Source of the DNA: an uncultured Candidatus Saccharibacteria bacterium
GTDB lineage: Bacteria > Patescibacteriota > Minisyncoccia > UBA6257 > 2-01-FULL-56-20
Direction of reading: 5' to 3'
NCBI GenBank assembly: GCA_964416665.1
Contig: CAYQFA010000001.1
Coordinates: 40,082 to 104,081 of the forward strand
DNA length: 64,000 nt
A model generated the notes under the pieces. The model was not told the DNA's origin. It ran no database searches and saw only the letters and a list, made by a program, of their open reading frames with translations. The translations under genes were made by a program, and so were the position numbers. Shown here piece after piece: positions 62,781-64,000 of this stretch; within the stretch, counting starts at the first letter, position 1, and every line of letters begins with the position of its first letter.

Positions 62781-63470
62781 TTAGTGCGTGTCGTTCAAAA
62801 CCTTTTGCGCTACCGCCCAAACTTTCTCGTGCACTTCCTCGATCGAAAGCAGTTTTCCGTTTTCCACGCACTCGATAAAAAAGTAATCATCCGGGAAAAG
62901 CACCGCAAGCCGCCGGTATACCCCCTCCGATCTTTTAAGGTGATTGATATCGGCTTCGTGCACGTCGCGTTTTTTGCCGGCCAAATATTTGCGTTCGTTC
63001 TTTCGGTCTACAAGTCCCTGCGCGATCTCCGCGGGCACATGCAGGATGATGTTCAGATCCGGCTTCGGGATCTTATTGATGGCATATTCCAATTCATGAT
63101 CCCATTCAAAATATTTCCTTTGTTCGTCCTCGTCCTCGTATTTCGCTCCTTGGTGGCCAAGATTTGAGGCAACGTAACGATTCGATATTACGATGGCGCC
63201 GGAAACGAGTGCTGCACGGATGGCCGGTGCCGCGGCGTAGCGGTCAAGGGCGTAGAAGAGCGATGCGGTCTTCGGCCCCACTTCTTGCAGTGTCCCAAAA
63301 TTTCCGTTCAGATACTCTTTTATGAACCAGGATGACGGCTCATCGTAGCGGGGGAAATCGAAGGGGGCGACGTCCCTCCCCGAATCCTTTATCCGTTTCA
63401 CGAGCCGGATGGTCTGCTCTCCCTTGCCGGATCCGTCACTGCCCTCGATAACGATGAATTTTCCAACCAT
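62781..63470 (-). CDS. tmk: thymidylate (dTMP) kinase
   Basis: P-loop FIVIEGSDGSGKGEQ and a Tmk-like body. ATG at 63470 (MVGKFIVIEG); the track ORF starts 16 codons upstream. Confidence 0.75.
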   Translation of the reverse strand: MVGKFIVIEGSDGSGKGEQTIRLVKRIKDSGRDVAPFDFPRYDEPSSWFIKEYLNGNFGTLQEVGPKTASLFYALDRYAAAPAIRAALVSGAIVISNRYVASNLGHQGAKYEDEDEQRKYFEWDHELEYAINKIPKPDLNIILHVPAEIAQGLVDRKNERKYLAGKKRDVHEADINHLKRSEGVYRRLAVLFPDDYFFIECVENGKLLSIEEVHEKVWAVAQKVLNDTH

Positions 63471-63639
63471 GATACGGAAAGTATACCTTTTGACGCTCGC
63501 CTTTAAAAGGGCTACCATTAAGGGATGGTGCCCCGGCTGAGGGCATTTTTAGTAAGAAATCGCCGAGGCCCGCGCGTCGTAAATCACCAGTAAAAGCCGA
63601 ATTTAAACCAGTAACTTATCCACAGATAATACGTTTTCT

Positions 63640-64000
63640 ATGTTAGACGGCGAAGAGCAATTGATCAAACGGGCCGTTAGGGGCGATTCCTCGGCTTTTG
63701 GCTCCCTTTATGACCATTATCAGGCGATGATCTATCGTTTTGTGGTGATCAAAGTAGGTAGCCGTGAGGAAGCCGAGGATATCACCCATCAGGTGTTCCT
63801 GTCGGCATGGCAGAAGGTGGGGTCCTACAAGCATCGCGGACATCCGTTCTCGAGTTGGCTTTATCGGATAGCCCGCAACCAGGTCATCGACCACTATCGT
63901 GCGAAGAAGGGCGAGGTAAGCATCGAAAAGATCGATCCGGAGCTTTTCGCCACAGCGGAGCGTGAGTCGGACGACCTTGCAAGAAAATTCCAGTTGGAAG
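63640..64000 (+). CDS. ECF-subfamily RNA polymerase sigma-70 factor; the C-terminal end lies beyond the window edge
   Basis: MLDGEEQLIKRAVRGDSSAFGSLYDHYQAMIYRFVVIKVGSREEAEDITHQVFLSAWQKVGSYKHRGHPFSSWLYRIARNQVIDHYR is a sigma-70 region-2 signature. Not in the ORF track because no stop codon falls inside the window. Confidence 0.75.
   Translation, partial: MLDGEEQLIKRAVRGDSSAFGSLYDHYQAMIYRFVVIKVGSREEAEDITHQVFLSAWQKVGSYKHRGHPFSSWLYRIARNQVIDHYRAKKGEVSIEKIDPELFATAERESDDLARKFQLE

Noticed and set aside
1-64000. CRISPR arrays, IS elements, integrases, prophage genes, rRNA genes
   Set aside because: No regularly spaced direct repeats, no transposase/integrase-like ORFs and no rRNA-like sequence were seen. 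The only phage-related item is a small holin-superfamily-like membrane protein in a housekeeping context.

Overview
This is a 64-kb window of a compact, gene-dense genome, roughly 55-57 % GC, with many overlapping or tightly coupled genes. Gene content looks like a monoderm Candidate Phyla Radiation (Patescibacteria)-type bacterium. Evidence for that guess: RNase J, RNase Y, PNPase, long-form ThyX, a giant protein with a peptidoglycan-binding domain and a poly-Thr linker, and a glycan locus but no lipid A/outer-membrane genes.

Part 1, what is here:
- Housekeeping genes: rnj (partial), gpmI, rny, secG, rpsO-NYN-pnp, recA, a rodZ-like gene, ftsK, a phosphohexomutase, iscS/nifS-like, htrA, clpB, galU, hup, glmS, dcd-thyX-tmk, and an ECF sigma factor (partial). 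The NYN nuclease gene wedged between rpsO and pnp is unusual.
- RNA genes: tRNA-Leu(CAG) and tRNA-Gly(GCC).
- A ~24-kb cell-surface glycan biosynthesis locus (7.3-31.2 kb). It contains a Wzy_C 'O-antigen ligase' family protein, a CDP-6-deoxyhexose module (rfbF-rfbG-epimerase-reductase), a GT11 fucosyltransferase-like gene, several GT2/GT4 transferases and three methyltransferases. It also contains a complete GDP-D-glycero-alpha-D-manno-heptose module (hddA-gmhA-gmhB-hddC), a Wzx flippase, a WbaP-like initiating transferase, a GalE-like epimerase and an RfaE-domain-II-like nucleotidyltransferase.
- A 1276-aa secreted protein with a PG_binding_1 domain and a poly-Thr linker, plus a redox module (dsbA-SPW-grx-trxB).

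Part 2, the most unusual things:
(i) A family of at least five very long hairpins, all on the + strand, with a conserved internal-loop motif. Each stem is 17-39 bp. The loop is 17 nt, reads ACC-TGCTG-[GYG-NNNN-CRC]-AAC-GGT, and has a covarying apical 3-bp helix. They sit downstream of trxB, pnp, a membrane-protein gene and directly on the tRNA-Gly trailer.
(ii) Two perfect 34- and 36-bp palindromes between galU and a regulator gene. They carry the same 36-nt core in opposite orientations. A 10-mer, AATCCGGCAA, also recurs six times within 760 bp, in different reading frames inside that regulator's linker region.
(iii) A kinase/IMPase-family operon inserted in inverted orientation inside the glycan locus, next to a degenerate 3' remnant of a second wzx flippase gene. 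This marks a rearrangement breakpoint.
(iv) Promoter -10 boxes sit 5-8 nt from the start codon for many genes (recA, clpB, rodZ-like, rfbF, dedA and others), which suggests leaderless mRNAs.
(v) Candidate small RNAs and structured leaders: upstream of the giant protein gene, upstream of tRNA-Gly, and in the pnp leader.

I found no CRISPR array, no recognisable mobile element and no rRNA gene.
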